Below are positions 38,252 through 49,751 of a DNA stretch of 64,000 nt, piece by piece. The stretch comes from an uncultured bacterium (GTDB lineage Bacteria; Bacillota_I; Bacilli_A; RFN20; CAG-826), in NCBI GenBank assembly GCA_949297305.1, contig CASFSG010000018.1:4901-68900 (forward strand), read 5' to 3'. The translations under genes were made by a program, and so were the position numbers. The notes beneath the pieces are model-generated. The model worked only from the letters and a program-made list of their open reading frames with translations. It was not told the origin of the DNA and did not search any database. Each line of letters starts with the position of its first letter. Position 1 is the first letter of the stretch.

Positions 38252-39868
38252 ATGAAAATTAATAAAAGTTATCCTATTGCCTTAGGCGCTTTGCTAGTTG
38301 CTGGAGCTTGTGCTTTAACTAGTTGCCCAGGTGGTTCGAGCAGTGGTGGTGGCACCGGTGGCGGTTCTGGTGGAGGTAGTGATATTGACACAATCGTCAA
38401 TGATGTGGAAATGGAAGAGGATAAAGTAATTTTTGCCAATGAAGAAATTTATGTCTGGACGATCGTTGGTGATCCCGACTTAGCCGGGCAAAAAGTTCTT
38501 TTTGAAGAATTCAACCGCGAATACCGTGGGGAAATTGCTTTAAGTTATCGCAATGTTGGTCACTATGACTTCTATAACACTTTAGAAGATACTTGGGCGA
38601 ACGATCCTGAATCTTTCCCTGATTTAATCATTATGCATAATGAAAAAACTGCGCAATACGCTCATCAAGGAATGATTCGTCAAATCGATTCGATTTTAGA
38701 AAATCCGGAATGGTCATCTTATTATGAATACGATTTTTCACAAGCTTATGAAAATATCGATCGTTCACAATTTTATAATGGCCATCGCTATGGCATTCCA
38801 ATGGATGCCCATGGTTTCTTAACCCACATTCGTCAAGATATCATTAAGAAAAATAATTTAGGCTTTGACAATAATACGCGTTTTGTTCCTGAATCGCGCG
38901 CTGAATATCAACAATTACTTGAAGGTCTACGTCAAAAAGCTGATTCGAGCGAAGGACTATTAGTTCGCAATCTCAACAAAGGTCAAAATCACGCTTGGAA
39001 GAAAGTTAATGCTAGCGTTTTCCTTCCAGAATTCAACCAATCGACCGATCCTGATGGTTTAGGTGCTATCTATGCCAATGGCGGTCGCCTCGCTAGCGAA
39101 GATGGTTTAACAATTGAATTCCATCAAAATCAAGGTTTCCAAACATACTTAACTGATTTAGTCGATCGCTGGAACAATCGTTTAATGGGTGAGCCAGGCA
39201 CTAATGTTGAATCCTTCTCACAAGGTAATACAGTCATGTTCTCCGAAGGTCCTTGGTGGACATATGGTCAATATGATAATGATATGAATAACGATGAATT
39301 AAAGACTGCGAATTCGGCTTTAGGCGTCACGGAAGATGATGCAAATGATCCTGTCTATTCTAACCCAATGATTGCTGTTAATTCAGCAGGTTTTTGGACG
39401 CTAGATGATAATTTAAGTAGTGAAAATGGTCATAAATGGTACGCGAATGGCCATGCCTTTAGCATCTCTTCAAGAGTTACCTCTTTGACGAAGATTTATG
39501 CCTGTTTAGAATTCATCAATTGGTATACTCAAGGTCAAGAGGAAGATGGTTCCTATCGTTTGGCAGAATGGTGCCGTTATGGTCATATGCCTGCTTATAA
39601 AAATGTTTATGAATCGCAAGGCTATCAAGATTTAATGGCTGAAAACCTCACCGTTCGCGGCTTAGGTTCTCCTGAAGACGTCATTTCGATGGAAGCATTG
39701 CCATATCAAGTGACAATCTTTGATTGCGTCGCTAACTGCGTAAATAATGTCATTATGGGCTTAAAAGGCGGCACGATTACTGATACCGCCGGAGCACTTC
39801 AAGCGATGAATGAAACTGTCACCAGTGCTCAAACGATGCTCGACTTAATGTCTAGCGGTATTTTCTAA
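38252..39868 (+). CDS. Carbohydrate ABC transporter solute-binding lipoprotein
   Basis: Lipobox LTSC, PDLIIMH, YGIPMD, FSQGNTVM..EGPW; precedes two CUT1 permeases. Confidence 0.88.
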   Translation: MKINKSYPIALGALLVAGACALTSCPGGSSSGGGTGGGSGGGSDIDTIVNDVEMEEDKVIFANEEIYVWTIVGDPDLAGQKVLFEEFNREYRGEIALSYRNVGHYDFYNTLEDTWANDPESFPDLIIMHNEKTAQYAHQGMIRQIDSILENPEWSSYYEYDFSQAYENIDRSQFYNGHRYGIPMDAHGFLTHIRQDIIKKNNLGFDNNTRFVPESRAEYQQLLEGLRQKADSSEGLLVRNLNKGQNHAWKKVNASVFLPEFNQSTDPDGLGAIYANGGRLASEDGLTIEFHQNQGFQTYLTDLVDRWNNRLMGEPGTNVESFSQGNTVMFSEGPWWTYGQYDNDMNNDELKTANSALGVTEDDANDPVYSNPMIAVNSAGFWTLDDNLSSENGHKWYANGHAFSISSRVTSLTKIYACLEFINWYTQGQEEDGSYRLAEWCRYGHMPAYKNVYESQGYQDLMAENLTVRGLGSPEDVISMEALPYQVTIFDCVANCVNNVIMGLKGGTITDTAGALQAMNETVTSAQTMLDLMSSGIF

Positions 39869-39905
39869 AAGTAATCTAATTCTTTAAATAAAGGAGTAGC
39901 AAATT

Positions 39906-40991
39906 ATGGGGAGTAAGGCAGTCGTTTTAGAAGAATACTCTAAAAAACATTCGAAATTCATTTCGTTATTAAAAAAATATGGATTGGTAATCCTCTTCCT
40001 TTCTCCCTTTATGATTTGCTTCCTCATCTTCTTTGTTTATCCTTTATTTTATGGCATTTATATTTCGCTCACTAATTACAAATTATCTTCACCAGGTGCT
40101 GAAACATTAAATGATTTTTTATGGTATAAGATTATTTTTGGCACAACAGGAAATAAAGCCTATGGCTTAATTAGTGAAGCTTTCTGGCGATCATTTTTAC
40201 ACACGATAATCTTTGCGATTATTATGGTTCCTGTCGCCGTTATTGTTCCTACTTTATTAGCTATTTTAGTCAACTCTAAACCAATTGGTTATAAGGTGTT
40301 TAGATGCTTAATTTATATGCCATCAATCGTGCCTTTAACCGCTGCCGGCACAGTCTTCGTTCTTTTGTTTTTACCGCCGCAAACCCATGGTTTACTCGCA
40401 ACTTGGTTCCCAGGGATTGGACCAACCGAGTGGTTCCTTGAATCGTGGTTTACTTTTAAAATCGGTGATATCACTTTCGATGTTGCTTACGCATGGATTC
40501 CAATTTTCTTAATGTGCTTCTGGGGTGGATGGGGTTCTAACTTCATCATCATCTCAGCTGGTCTACAAAACATTCCTAAGTCTTTATATGAGGCCGCTAG
40601 TATCGATGGATGTGGTGCCTTTAAGAAAATGATGAAAGTGACGATTCCAGGAATTAAAGGTCAATTAGTCTTGTGTTTATTTACGACTATTATTGGTTAT
40701 ATGGGTTTATATGGTCAAAACTATGTCTTATCAAGCGGTGGCCCCGATTTTACTTGGTTAGCGGCTTTACCAGCTGGTGGTAAGACTTCGACAATTATTT
40801 ATTTTATTCAAGATATCGTTGCAAATAATTCGAACTTCCGTACAAACCTTTATGGCTTAGGGGCGGCTGCTAGTATTATCTTTGCTATTTCAGTAGCCAT
40901 CATTACTGGCGTTCAAATGTATTTTACCCGCGATAAGAAAAGTGGCGCGGTCTTAAAGAAGGAGTTTTTACGATGGAAGGAAGTAGCGTAA
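39906..40991 (+). CDS. Carbohydrate ABC permease (MalF-like)
   Basis: AGLQNIPKSLYEAASIDG EAA loop. Confidence 0.95.
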   Translation: MGSKAVVLEEYSKKHSKFISLLKKYGLVILFLSPFMICFLIFFVYPLFYGIYISLTNYKLSSPGAETLNDFLWYKIIFGTTGNKAYGLISEAFWRSFLHTIIFAIIMVPVAVIVPTLLAILVNSKPIGYKVFRCLIYMPSIVPLTAAGTVFVLLFLPPQTHGLLATWFPGIGPTEWFLESWFTFKIGDITFDVAYAWIPIFLMCFWGGWGSNFIIISAGLQNIPKSLYEAASIDGCGAFKKMMKVTIPGIKGQLVLCLFTTIIGYMGLYGQNYVLSSGGPDFTWLAALPAGGKTSTIIYFIQDIVANNSNFRTNLYGLGAAASIIFAISVAIITGVQMYFTRDKKSGAVLKKEFLRWKEVA

Positions 40992-41917
40992 TTCAATATT
41001 TTGCCTTACCCACTAGAGATAATCGTAAGGCTCCAAAATTAAAAGTTAATTATAGTAAAATAATTTCCTTTATCTTTTTAACATTATTTTGTTTACTTTG
41101 GATTTCACCATTTATCATCATGATATTTGGTTCTTTAAGAGGTCATTATGATACGACTTATTATCCTGGTGAACTCTTTCCGCCTCATAGTGGTTTTACC
41201 CTTGAAAACTACAAGATGATTTTGCTAGGGATTTATCCAGATGATGTCGTTCATAATACTTCGCAAGATGCTCAAATTGGCTATTGGTTTTTAAATAGTT
41301 GTTATTCGGCTATAGGAGGGACATTACTTTATTTATTTATCGCCTCATTAACTGCTTATGTCTTTGTCTTTGTCGATTTTAAATATCGCAAAGTTTTATT
41401 TGCTATTTTAATTGCCAGTATGGTCGTTCCTGGCACTGCGACTAGCATCGGTAACCAAACGACGATTTTCCATACTGGATTAAATACCTCGATGTTAGGT
41501 TTAATTATTCCGTCTTTATGTGGCGTTTACGGCATGTATTTAATTAAAACTTTCTTTGAAGGTATTCCAAAAGAGCTCGTCGAATCTGCTAAAATGGATG
41601 GTTGCTCTAACATTGAAATATTCGTAAAAATTATTCTTCCATTAGGTAAAACAGTTTTATATGTTCAAGGTCTATTTGGCTTTATGGGCGGCTGGAATGA
41701 TTTGGTGTGGCCACAAATGTTATTTGGTACACAAGATTCAAAGCTTTGGACTTTGCAAGTAGGTATTTCATATATCATTAACAATTCGCGAACATCTGAC
41801 TTAATTGGTAGCGCGCTCGCTAGTGGTGTCATCTGTTTATTACCAGTTTTAGTCGTTTATTTAATTGCTCAAAATAAGATTATAGAAGGTATGTCTAGTG
41901 CAGGCATAAAGAGGTAA
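40973..41917 (+). CDS. Carbohydrate ABC permease (MalG-like)
   Basis: IPKELVESAKMDG, WNDLVWP. Confidence 0.95.
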   Translation: MEGSSVIQYFALPTRDNRKAPKLKVNYSKIISFIFLTLFCLLWISPFIIMIFGSLRGHYDTTYYPGELFPPHSGFTLENYKMILLGIYPDDVVHNTSQDAQIGYWFLNSCYSAIGGTLLYLFIASLTAYVFVFVDFKYRKVLFAILIASMVVPGTATSIGNQTTIFHTGLNTSMLGLIIPSLCGVYGMYLIKTFFEGIPKELVESAKMDGCSNIEIFVKIILPLGKTVLYVQGLFGFMGGWNDLVWPQMLFGTQDSKLWTLQVGISYIINNSRTSDLIGSALASGVICLLPVLVVYLIAQNKIIEGMSSAGIKR

Positions 41918-41922
41918 AAAAG

Positions 41923-43680
41923 ATGCGTAATGAATATCCACGTCCATTAAAAAGAAGAGATTCTTTCATTTCCTTAAACAAAGAATGGGAATTTGCTTTT
42001 GATGATTTAAATGTTGGACATAAGGAAAAATGGTTTAACAATCATCACTATGATAAAAAAATCAATGTGCCATTTTGCTTTCAAGCTAAACTAAGTGGTA
42101 TCGGTGATACTTCCTTTCATGATCATGTTTGGTATAAAACAAAACTCGATCATCTTCCTTTAAAAGAGGATGAACGACTTTTAATTAATTTTATGGGTGT
42201 CGATTATTATTGCGAAGTTTATCTTAACGGAATGATGATTAAGACCCATTATGGAGCAGCGGGAATGTTTTACGCGGATTTAACGGATTACTTATCGCAA
42301 GAAGACAATATTCTCGTCGTTTATTGCTATGATCCTAGCGTAGATAAATCGATTCCACGTGGTAAACAAGATTGGGAACTCATTGGACATGCGATTTGGT
42401 ATACGAGAACAACTGGGATTTATAAGCCCGTTTTTCTCGAAGTGGTTAATGAAAAACATTTAGAAAATTTCTATCTTAAAACCGATGTCGATAATTTAGA
42501 AGTGACCATCGATTTAGAAACTAATTTTTCTAGTGGTTATGCCAATTTTGTCGTGAGTGACTCTCATCGCGCGATTAACTATGAAATGCCGATTAAGAAA
42601 AATAAAGATTTTTATAATTTTAAATTAGATGAGAATTTCGTTAACGGACGATTATATTCTTATCAGCACCCTTTCTTATTTGATTTAAAGATTGAGTTAT
42701 ATGATGAAGGTCATCAACTAAAAGATGTCGTTTATTCATATTTTGGTCTACGCAAAATCGAAACGCGCGATAAAAAGGTCTACATTAATAACGAATATGT
42801 TTACCAAAAGTTAGTCTTAAATCAAGGCTATAACATCGAAGGAATCTTAACTTATCCAACTATTGAGATGATGGAGCAAGATATTCGCTATATGATGGAG
42901 ATGGGCTTCAATGGTTGTCGCATTCATCAAAAAGTTGAAGATCAATATTTCCTTTATTTGTGCGACAAAATGGGCTTTATTGTTTGGCAAGAGCAAGGCA
43001 GCGCCTATGGCTATACTTCTTTAAATCCCCGTCGAATGCTCAATGAATGGATTGACATTGTTAAAGAAAACTATAATCATCCATCGATTATTGCTTACAC
43101 ACCTTTAAATGAATCTTGGGGAATCGAAGGCATTCCTAATTCAAAAATTATTCAAGCACATGCTTTAAGTTTATATTATCTAATTAAATCGCTCGATGAT
43201 ACACGCTTAGTTATTTCTAATGATGGTTGGGAACATTGCAAAACTGATTTAATTACAATTCATAATTATGATCACGGGGCAAAAGATGAACAAGCAAAGC
43301 AAAAACGCTTTGAAGATCTTTTATCGACACGCGAAAAGATTTTGCGTAAAGAAAATATCAATCGTTATATTCTTCTTCCTGGCTATCTTGACGAAGGTCA
43401 GCCGATTTTATTGACAGAATTTGGTGGTGTAGCCTATCGCGTGCAAGCATATAACGGACAAGATTGGGGATATACTACCTCGGCAAACCTAGATGAATAT
43501 AAAGCCGATTTAAAGCGCATTTATTTAGCGATTAGTAAATCGCAATGTATCGAAGGTATTTGTTATACCCAATTTAGTGATGTTGAACAAGAAATTAATG
43601 GTTTGATGACTTATGATCGCAAATACAAAGTCGATCCCAAATACATCAAGGAATTGAATGATTCTTTAGGAGGAAAATAA
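41923..43680 (+). CDS. Cytoplasmic GH2 glycoside hydrolase
   Basis: EYPRP, PRGKQ, RIHQK, YNHPSII...NESWG, LTEFGG, DVEQE. Confidence 0.92.
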   Translation: MRNEYPRPLKRRDSFISLNKEWEFAFDDLNVGHKEKWFNNHHYDKKINVPFCFQAKLSGIGDTSFHDHVWYKTKLDHLPLKEDERLLINFMGVDYYCEVYLNGMMIKTHYGAAGMFYADLTDYLSQEDNILVVYCYDPSVDKSIPRGKQDWELIGHAIWYTRTTGIYKPVFLEVVNEKHLENFYLKTDVDNLEVTIDLETNFSSGYANFVVSDSHRAINYEMPIKKNKDFYNFKLDENFVNGRLYSYQHPFLFDLKIELYDEGHQLKDVVYSYFGLRKIETRDKKVYINNEYVYQKLVLNQGYNIEGILTYPTIEMMEQDIRYMMEMGFNGCRIHQKVEDQYFLYLCDKMGFIVWQEQGSAYGYTSLNPRRMLNEWIDIVKENYNHPSIIAYTPLNESWGIEGIPNSKIIQAHALSLYYLIKSLDDTRLVISNDGWEHCKTDLITIHNYDHGAKDEQAKQKRFEDLLSTREKILRKENINRYILLPGYLDEGQPILLTEFGGVAYRVQAYNGQDWGYTTSANLDEYKADLKRIYLAISKSQCIEGICYTQFSDVEQEINGLMTYDRKYKVDPKYIKELNDSLGGK

Positions 43681-43681
43681 A

Positions 43682-46435
43682 ATGGCAAATGAAATTCGTG
43701 GCGATATGGTTGTCTCAAAGAAAGAAGCAAGGCGCATTTTAAAAGCAAATGAACACCGCATACAAGATACGAATGTCACTTCTTTTGTTTCTTTAAAAGA
43801 TATCAATAAGATTTACCCTAATGGAGTGCAGGCGGTTTATGATTTTAATCTCGATATCGATAAGCATGATTTTGTCGTTTTAGTTGGGCCTAGTGGTTGT
43901 GGTAAATCGACAACTTTAAGAATGATTGCTGGTTTAGAAGATATCACTAGTGGTTATTTATATATCGATAAAGTTTTAAGCAATTATCTCGAAAGCAAAA
44001 ACCGCGATATTTCGATGGTCTTCCAAAGTTATGCCCTCTATCCTCAAATGACCGTTTATGATAACATCGCCTTCCCTTTAAAAGTGAGGAAATACCCGAA
44101 AGTAGTTGTCAATTATAAACTTAAGTATAGTCATCAATTAATCGATATTTTAAATAATATTTCAAAAGCGCGCGTCGCAATTATTAATTCTTTAAATCTA
44201 GATGATAAAAAAATTAATAAAATACGTTATTTATCTAAAGCTTTAAAGGTTGATTTTAAAGTTGGTAAAGAATTACTAGGCTTTGCTAGTCAAGTGATTG
44301 ATCAATTATCTCTTAATCGCACGCGCCTCGAGATATTAGCAAAAGAACGCATCGAAAAAGAAGAAGCGAATTTAAGAAAGAATAATACAATTTGGAATGA
44401 TAAATTTGAAATTGTTTATGATGGTTCTAAGCATGGGTCTATCGATGTCATTTTACTTCGTAATCACGAATTAATCTATTTATTAGAAAAGCGTTACGAA
44501 GACATCTTAGACGCTTTAGACGATGCCTATGATCCAAAAGTTAAAGTACGCGACAAGGCTTCTTTTGTTGCTAAAAAATTAAAAATTAATCTCAATTCTG
44601 CACGTTTTATTTGCGAAAATAACGTTATTTTAATTAAGCGCGATGCGAATGACATCACTAATTTACTCGCCAAATTAAAAGCGGAAATAGTCTCGCGCGA
44701 AGAAGATATTAAAAATAGTGGTAAATTTATTAACGACCATTTTGAAATCGTTGATTCGCTTGATGAAAAGCATGAAATTAAAGTTAATGAGGTTTTGAAA
44801 GTCAATCACCAAATTTTAGATATTTTGGAAAATCATTTCGATGAATTTAGACTCGAAGATAAAGATGCGAGTTATGAGGATTTAGCGAATAAATATCACG
44901 TTGAAATTCAAACGATTAGTGAACTTCGTAAATATCGTACATTATCGAACGCTGAAATCGAAAATAATATCGCTATAAAGATTAAAGAATTAAATGAACG
45001 CATCGCTAGCGAGGAAGCCTCTATAAAAGAAAAAGGTATCAAAATTAACGAGCGATATGAAATCTTAGACGATAACAATCAACCATTAGTCAAAAAAGTT
45101 AAGCTCAATAAAGAAGAAATTCGCGAGAAAGTTTTTAACGCTGCTAATGTTCTCGATTTAGGACCTTATTTAGATCGCCGTCCAAAAGAACTTTCTGGCG
45201 GTCAAATGCAACGTGTCGCTTTAGGTAGAGCGATTGTTAGGAACGCGAAATTATTCTTGATGGATGAACCTTTATCAAACTTAGATGCGAAACTACGCGT
45301 TCAAATGCGTTCGGAAATCGTTTTGCTCCATGAACGCATTGGAGCGACGACAATTTACGTTACACATGACCAAACTGAAGCGATGACGATGGGAACAAAA
45401 ATCGTCGTTATGTCTAAAGGATGGGTGCAACAAGTTGGCACGCCGCAATATGTCTATGATCATCCTTCGAATCTTTTTGTGGCTACATTTATCGGCTCGC
45501 CTTCGATGAATATTTTAGAAGCGAATATCAACAAAAATAAATTGACATTAAATAACGGTTATTCTGTCGATTTAGGTAAAGATTTTAAAAAGATTCATGA
45601 TGATTTCTATAAGCGCAAAATCATGGAATGCGAAAAAATGTTAATCACCCTAGATAAGAAGGTGGAAGTGCAATGTTTAAATATTTTTAACTATATTAAA
45701 GAACTTGCTCGTAGCGACTTCATTAATAAAAAAGATGAAATCATTACTAACTTTGATTTCATGCTTGAAAAGATTAAACTTTCGAAAAAAGATAGTTCCA
45801 CTAATTTGTTTAAAGCGACTGAGCAAGCTAAAAAGTTTACTAGCGAAGCGGATAAATTTGATGGCGATGTCGTTGAAACTTACGACATCTTAGAAAGCTT
45901 ATTAAAGAATTATGAATCGATTCATAAATCTGATATTGCAAAGATTTTCTCTGCTCAAGCTTTTGAAAAAGAAAATAAAGAAAATAAAGAAGTTAAAGAA
46001 TTATCCTATGATGGTCGTAAGCATGAGAACATCTTTGCTCGTCTATCTAATAAGATTAAAAATGTTCAAGTTAAACATAAATTACCCGATTTAGAAATCG
46101 GCGATCCCTATGAATATTTAACTAATCTTAAAAAGACATACGAAGACGCCTTAAAAGGCGAACATATGATTAAAGTTGGTATTCGTCCTGAAAATATTCA
46201 TTTAGCTAGAGAATATAATAAAGAAACGAAGACCGATAATTTTAAAGTCAAAATTGAAGTTGTTGAACTTATGGGTAATGAAGCGTTAATTCATGCACCT
46301 TTTGCTGGTGTCGATTTATTAGCAAAAATAGTCAATGGTCGCAAATCGCTAAAAGCCCATGACGAGGTCGAATTAACTTGCAACAAAGAAAAACTTCATA
46401 TCTTTGATGCTTCTAGTGGAGAAACAATAATTTAA
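43682..46435 (+). CDS. MsmX/MalK-like sugar ABC ATPase with two large insertions
   Basis: [52 protein letters not shown]; 917 aa. Confidence 0.93.
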   Translation: MANEIRGDMVVSKKEARRILKANEHRIQDTNVTSFVSLKDINKIYPNGVQAVYDFNLDIDKHDFVVLVGPSGCGKSTTLRMIAGLEDITSGYLYIDKVLSNYLESKNRDISMVFQSYALYPQMTVYDNIAFPLKVRKYPKVVVNYKLKYSHQLIDILNNISKARVAIINSLNLDDKKINKIRYLSKALKVDFKVGKELLGFASQVIDQLSLNRTRLEILAKERIEKEEANLRKNNTIWNDKFEIVYDGSKHGSIDVILLRNHELIYLLEKRYEDILDALDDAYDPKVKVRDKASFVAKKLKINLNSARFICENNVILIKRDANDITNLLAKLKAEIVSREEDIKNSGKFINDHFEIVDSLDEKHEIKVNEVLKVNHQILDILENHFDEFRLEDKDASYEDLANKYHVEIQTISELRKYRTLSNAEIENNIAIKIKELNERIASEEASIKEKGIKINERYEILDDNNQPLVKKVKLNKEEIREKVFNAANVLDLGPYLDRRPKELSGGQMQRVALGRAIVRNAKLFLMDEPLSNLDAKLRVQMRSEIVLLHERIGATTIYVTHDQTEAMTMGTKIVVMSKGWVQQVGTPQYVYDHPSNLFVATFIGSPSMNILEANINKNKLTLNNGYSVDLGKDFKKIHDDFYKRKIMECEKMLITLDKKVEVQCLNIFNYIKELARSDFINKKDEIITNFDFMLEKIKLSKKDSSTNLFKATEQAKKFTSEADKFDGDVVETYDILESLLKNYESIHKSDIAKIFSAQAFEKENKENKEVKELSYDGRKHENIFARLSNKIKNVQVKHKLPDLEIGDPYEYLTNLKKTYEDALKGEHMIKVGIRPENIHLAREYNKETKTDNFKVKIEVVELMGNEALIHAPFAGVDLLAKIVNGRKSLKAHDEVELTCNKEKLHIFDASSGETII

Positions 46436-46438
46436 ATA

Positions 46439-48586
46439 ATGGAGCGACTTCTTTTTGAACACAATTCATTCATCTTTCATGAAGTGGGTTCCTTAGAAGT
46501 CGCTGATCCTTTCTTTTATCGCTATTTAGGTCGATATTATCTCATCTTTACTTCTCAAAAAGGCATTCGCTCATTTGTGAGTGAAGATTTAATCAATTAT
46601 TATCCGGTCGATAATAAAATTAATCCCCGCGGTTATATTTACTATCAAGACGATGATTTATCGTTTTACGCTCCAGAAATATTTTATTTTGATGGTGAAT
46701 ATTATTTGATTACTTCCCCTAATGGTGGTGGTCATATCGTTTTAAAATCATCGTCTTTGATTGGTCCTTATCTAAAAATCAGCGAAAATCTTCACGAAAT
46801 GATTGATGGCTCGTATTTTGTCGATAGCGATTTTAAAAAATATTTATTAAGAGCAGATGAAAATGGCATCATAATCGACAAAGTAGATAATTTCAATCGT
46901 TTAAAATTTAATAAAAATGGCCAAATTTCTTCTTTTAATATTAATAAGGCAAAACTAGGTGGATGGAATGAAGGTCCGATGATGATAAAAAGAATGGGCC
47001 GCTATTATTTAACCTTCACCGGCACGCATTTTCTTTCTAGTGCCTATCGCGTCGCTTATTTATCTAGCGATAAATTAAAGGCTAATAGTTTTTCTAAATG
47101 CCAGTTTCTTTTATTAAATACGCGTCGAGAATTTTGTGGCTTAGGTCATTCATCATTCTTTTTAGGTCCTGATTTAGATTCCTATTATATTGCCTATCAT
47201 CATTTAGATGAAAATAATCATCGCCATTTATCTATCTCGCGTTTAGTGTTTGATAAAGAAAAAATGTATGTTAATGATTACCATGATTTTCGCGATTGTG
47301 ATTTTAATTTTCAAGGGGAAAAATTATCCTATTTACAAGAGGGAAATTATATCTATCTAGATCAAAAATTAAATGATTATTCTTTTGAAGTATCTTTTTT
47401 AAACGCTCCAAGAATTTTATTGAGTTTAACAATCGATTCGTCTATCACCTTCGAACTCTCTTCTTCTCATTTGGCGATTAGAAAAAGAAGACTTTCGGAT
47501 GAAGCTATTTTAAAATCGCAAATCATCCCCTTTAAGAAAAAAATAAATATTGGTGTTTTGCATACCTTAAGAGTGCAAAAACGCGATAATTTATTGAATA
47601 TTTATTTAGATAATATTGAACTTGTGACGCATTTTAAATTAGATTTCTCACTCAATAATAAGATTGGTTATTTAAAAGAAGAACAAAACGATATCCTTTC
47701 TTTCAACTATTCAAAATATAGTTTTGGTAATAGCGATGCTTCCTTAAATAAAGTCGATATCATTATCCCTTTTTTATTTAATGATAAAGACGAAGAATAT
47801 TCACTTTATAGGGTGAAGAAAATTTGCGATGATAAATATCATTTTGATGTTTTGTTAAATGATAATATTACTGATTTTTCAATCTTTATCAATAAGAAAG
47901 AATATCGTTTTAATTCCTTGAATAAGGGTTTACATTCCTTAGGAGCTTTCTTTTTAAAAGCAGGGCTTAATGAGATTAAATTAAGTCGCGCGATAATCGA
48001 TAAGATTAATCTAATAAAAATAGATGAACATTTTGCGATTAGCCGCGATTTAGACATTAACTTTAATAGCTTTAATAAAGATGATTTCAATATTTTTCAT
48101 CGCTACCTCATCATTAATGATTATCTTTATTTTGAAAACGACCGCAATATCGTGCTCACTAAAGACATTTATGAAAATTTTATTTTGGCATGCACTTTTA
48201 ATTTAAGAAGCATTACAAGCGAAGGCCATTTTATCTCCTTGGTAATCTTAAATAAAAATTACGGTGAGAATAATGCTTATGAAGGTCCTTATTCCTTGGA
48301 TGGTTATCTTATTAATCTAGAAGGACATCATTTGAAGATCATCGATAATAATTTCGATCAAAAAGAAATTTTGCTATCAAAAAAAGTTAATTCTTTAAAA
48401 CCTCAAAATATCAAAGTTATCAAAAGCGATAATCTTTTAATCTTTTATTTAAATGAAAAAGAACTTTTAAGAACATCGATTAAATCGAATAACTTACGCG
48501 GTGCGGTAGGATTATATTCTTACCATGCGAGCGGTTATTATAAAAATTTAAAAATTTCAAATTTAGGAGGAGGAAAAAATGAATAA
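46439..48586 (+). CDS. Cytoplasmic GH43 with C-terminal beta-sandwich domains
   Basis: ADPF, YAPE, IDG, NEGP, GH motifs; no signal peptide. Confidence 0.85.
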   Translation: MERLLFEHNSFIFHEVGSLEVADPFFYRYLGRYYLIFTSQKGIRSFVSEDLINYYPVDNKINPRGYIYYQDDDLSFYAPEIFYFDGEYYLITSPNGGGHIVLKSSSLIGPYLKISENLHEMIDGSYFVDSDFKKYLLRADENGIIIDKVDNFNRLKFNKNGQISSFNINKAKLGGWNEGPMMIKRMGRYYLTFTGTHFLSSAYRVAYLSSDKLKANSFSKCQFLLLNTRREFCGLGHSSFFLGPDLDSYYIAYHHLDENNHRHLSISRLVFDKEKMYVNDYHDFRDCDFNFQGEKLSYLQEGNYIYLDQKLNDYSFEVSFLNAPRILLSLTIDSSITFELSSSHLAIRKRRLSDEAILKSQIIPFKKKINIGVLHTLRVQKRDNLLNIYLDNIELVTHFKLDFSLNNKIGYLKEEQNDILSFNYSKYSFGNSDASLNKVDIIIPFLFNDKDEEYSLYRVKKICDDKYHFDVLLNDNITDFSIFINKKEYRFNSLNKGLHSLGAFFLKAGLNEIKLSRAIIDKINLIKIDEHFAISRDLDINFNSFNKDDFNIFHRYLIINDYLYFENDRNIVLTKDIYENFILACTFNLRSITSEGHFISLVILNKNYGENNAYEGPYSLDGYLINLEGHHLKIIDNNFDQKEILLSKKVNSLKPQNIKVIKSDNLLIFYLNEKELLRTSIKSNNLRGAVGLYSYHASGYYKNLKISNLGGGKNE

Positions 48587-49745
48587 GAAATTTGTTTCAA
48601 TGATGGGCGTGATGGCAATTGCTACTACGTCTTTTGTGTCGAGCTGCGTGACAAACGAAGGCGAGGATAGTAGTGGCGGAGGTTCAAATAATTCCTCGAG
48701 TGTCGATGATCGCAATTATTATAGCGAATATTATGAAAACGCTATTTATCCTCGTACAGCTGGTGGACAATTATATATGTCAGAAGCTCCTGACCCATCA
48801 ATTGTTCGCGGCGATGACGGCTATTTTTATATTTTTACTACCGGCAATGGTGGTGGTAAATGTTTCCGTTCAACCGACTGTGTCAATTGGGAAGTCCATT
48901 TAGAAACGGTTATTCCTCGACCCACTTGGGGTGATACACCGACGACACCTAGCGACAAAATACCTTCAGTTTGGGCGCCTGATGCTGTGAAGATTAAAGA
49001 TAAATGGATTTATTATTATTCACTTAGCGGTTGGGGCAATGCGATTGGTGTTGGCTATGCTGTTGCCGATGAAATTGCTGGACCCTATAAAGATAAAGGC
49101 AAATTATTTACCTGTGGTGAAATCGGTTTAGCAAACGCGATCGATCCATGCATTTTTATCGAAGATGAACATGTCTATATGGCGGTTGGCTCTTTCCAAG
49201 GCATTGATTTAATTGAACTAAGTAGCGATGGTATGTCGCTTTTAAATGGTGCAGCCTATCAAAGAGAACATAAAACCTTAATTGCAGGCACCTATGGCCA
49301 ATGGAATGCGGGTAGCTTTGAAGGTTCTTATATCATTAAGAAAGATGGTTATTATTATTACTTTGGTAGTCATGGCACTTGTTGTGATGGTACCGATAGC
49401 TCCTATAATGTAGCCGCTGCTAGATCAACTAGTATCACTGGTCCATATATGGATGCGCAGGGTCGTCCAATCGCCCATAATAACAACAATTACGGCACGA
49501 CGGTAGTGTGCGCTGACTATGAAGGCGGCGATCCTTTTGCAGGCCCAGGTCACTGTTCAGTTTTCCAAGATGATCGCGGAGATTATTGGATGGTCTATCA
49601 TGCCTATGTCGAACGCGATAATTACGCCACTCGTCATTTGATGATGGATCGTTTGTTATGGGATGATAATGGTTTCCCTTATGTCGAAGGTAAAAAACCT
49701 TCTTACGGGGTTGAATTAGAAGGTCCCGCTTTATTAGATGAGTAA
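48579..49745 (+). CDS. Lipoprotein GH43 (single catalytic domain)
   Basis: Lipobox VSSC; PDPS, WAPD, IDP, FEG, GPGH. Confidence 0.9.
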   Translation: MNKKFVSMMGVMAIATTSFVSSCVTNEGEDSSGGGSNNSSSVDDRNYYSEYYENAIYPRTAGGQLYMSEAPDPSIVRGDDGYFYIFTTGNGGGKCFRSTDCVNWEVHLETVIPRPTWGDTPTTPSDKIPSVWAPDAVKIKDKWIYYYSLSGWGNAIGVGYAVADEIAGPYKDKGKLFTCGEIGLANAIDPCIFIEDEHVYMAVGSFQGIDLIELSSDGMSLLNGAAYQREHKTLIAGTYGQWNAGSFEGSYIIKKDGYYYYFGSHGTCCDGTDSSYNVAAARSTSITGPYMDAQGRPIAHNNNNYGTTVVCADYEGGDPFAGPGHCSVFQDDRGDYWMVYHAYVERDNYATRHLMMDRLLWDDNGFPYVEGKKPSYGVELEGPALLDE

Positions 49746-49751
49746 TTAATT

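Noticed and set aside
44093..45100. Intein or mobile insertion in the ABC ATPase
   Set aside because: No Cys/Ser start, His-Asn end or endonuclease motifs; it is a tandem helical repeat.
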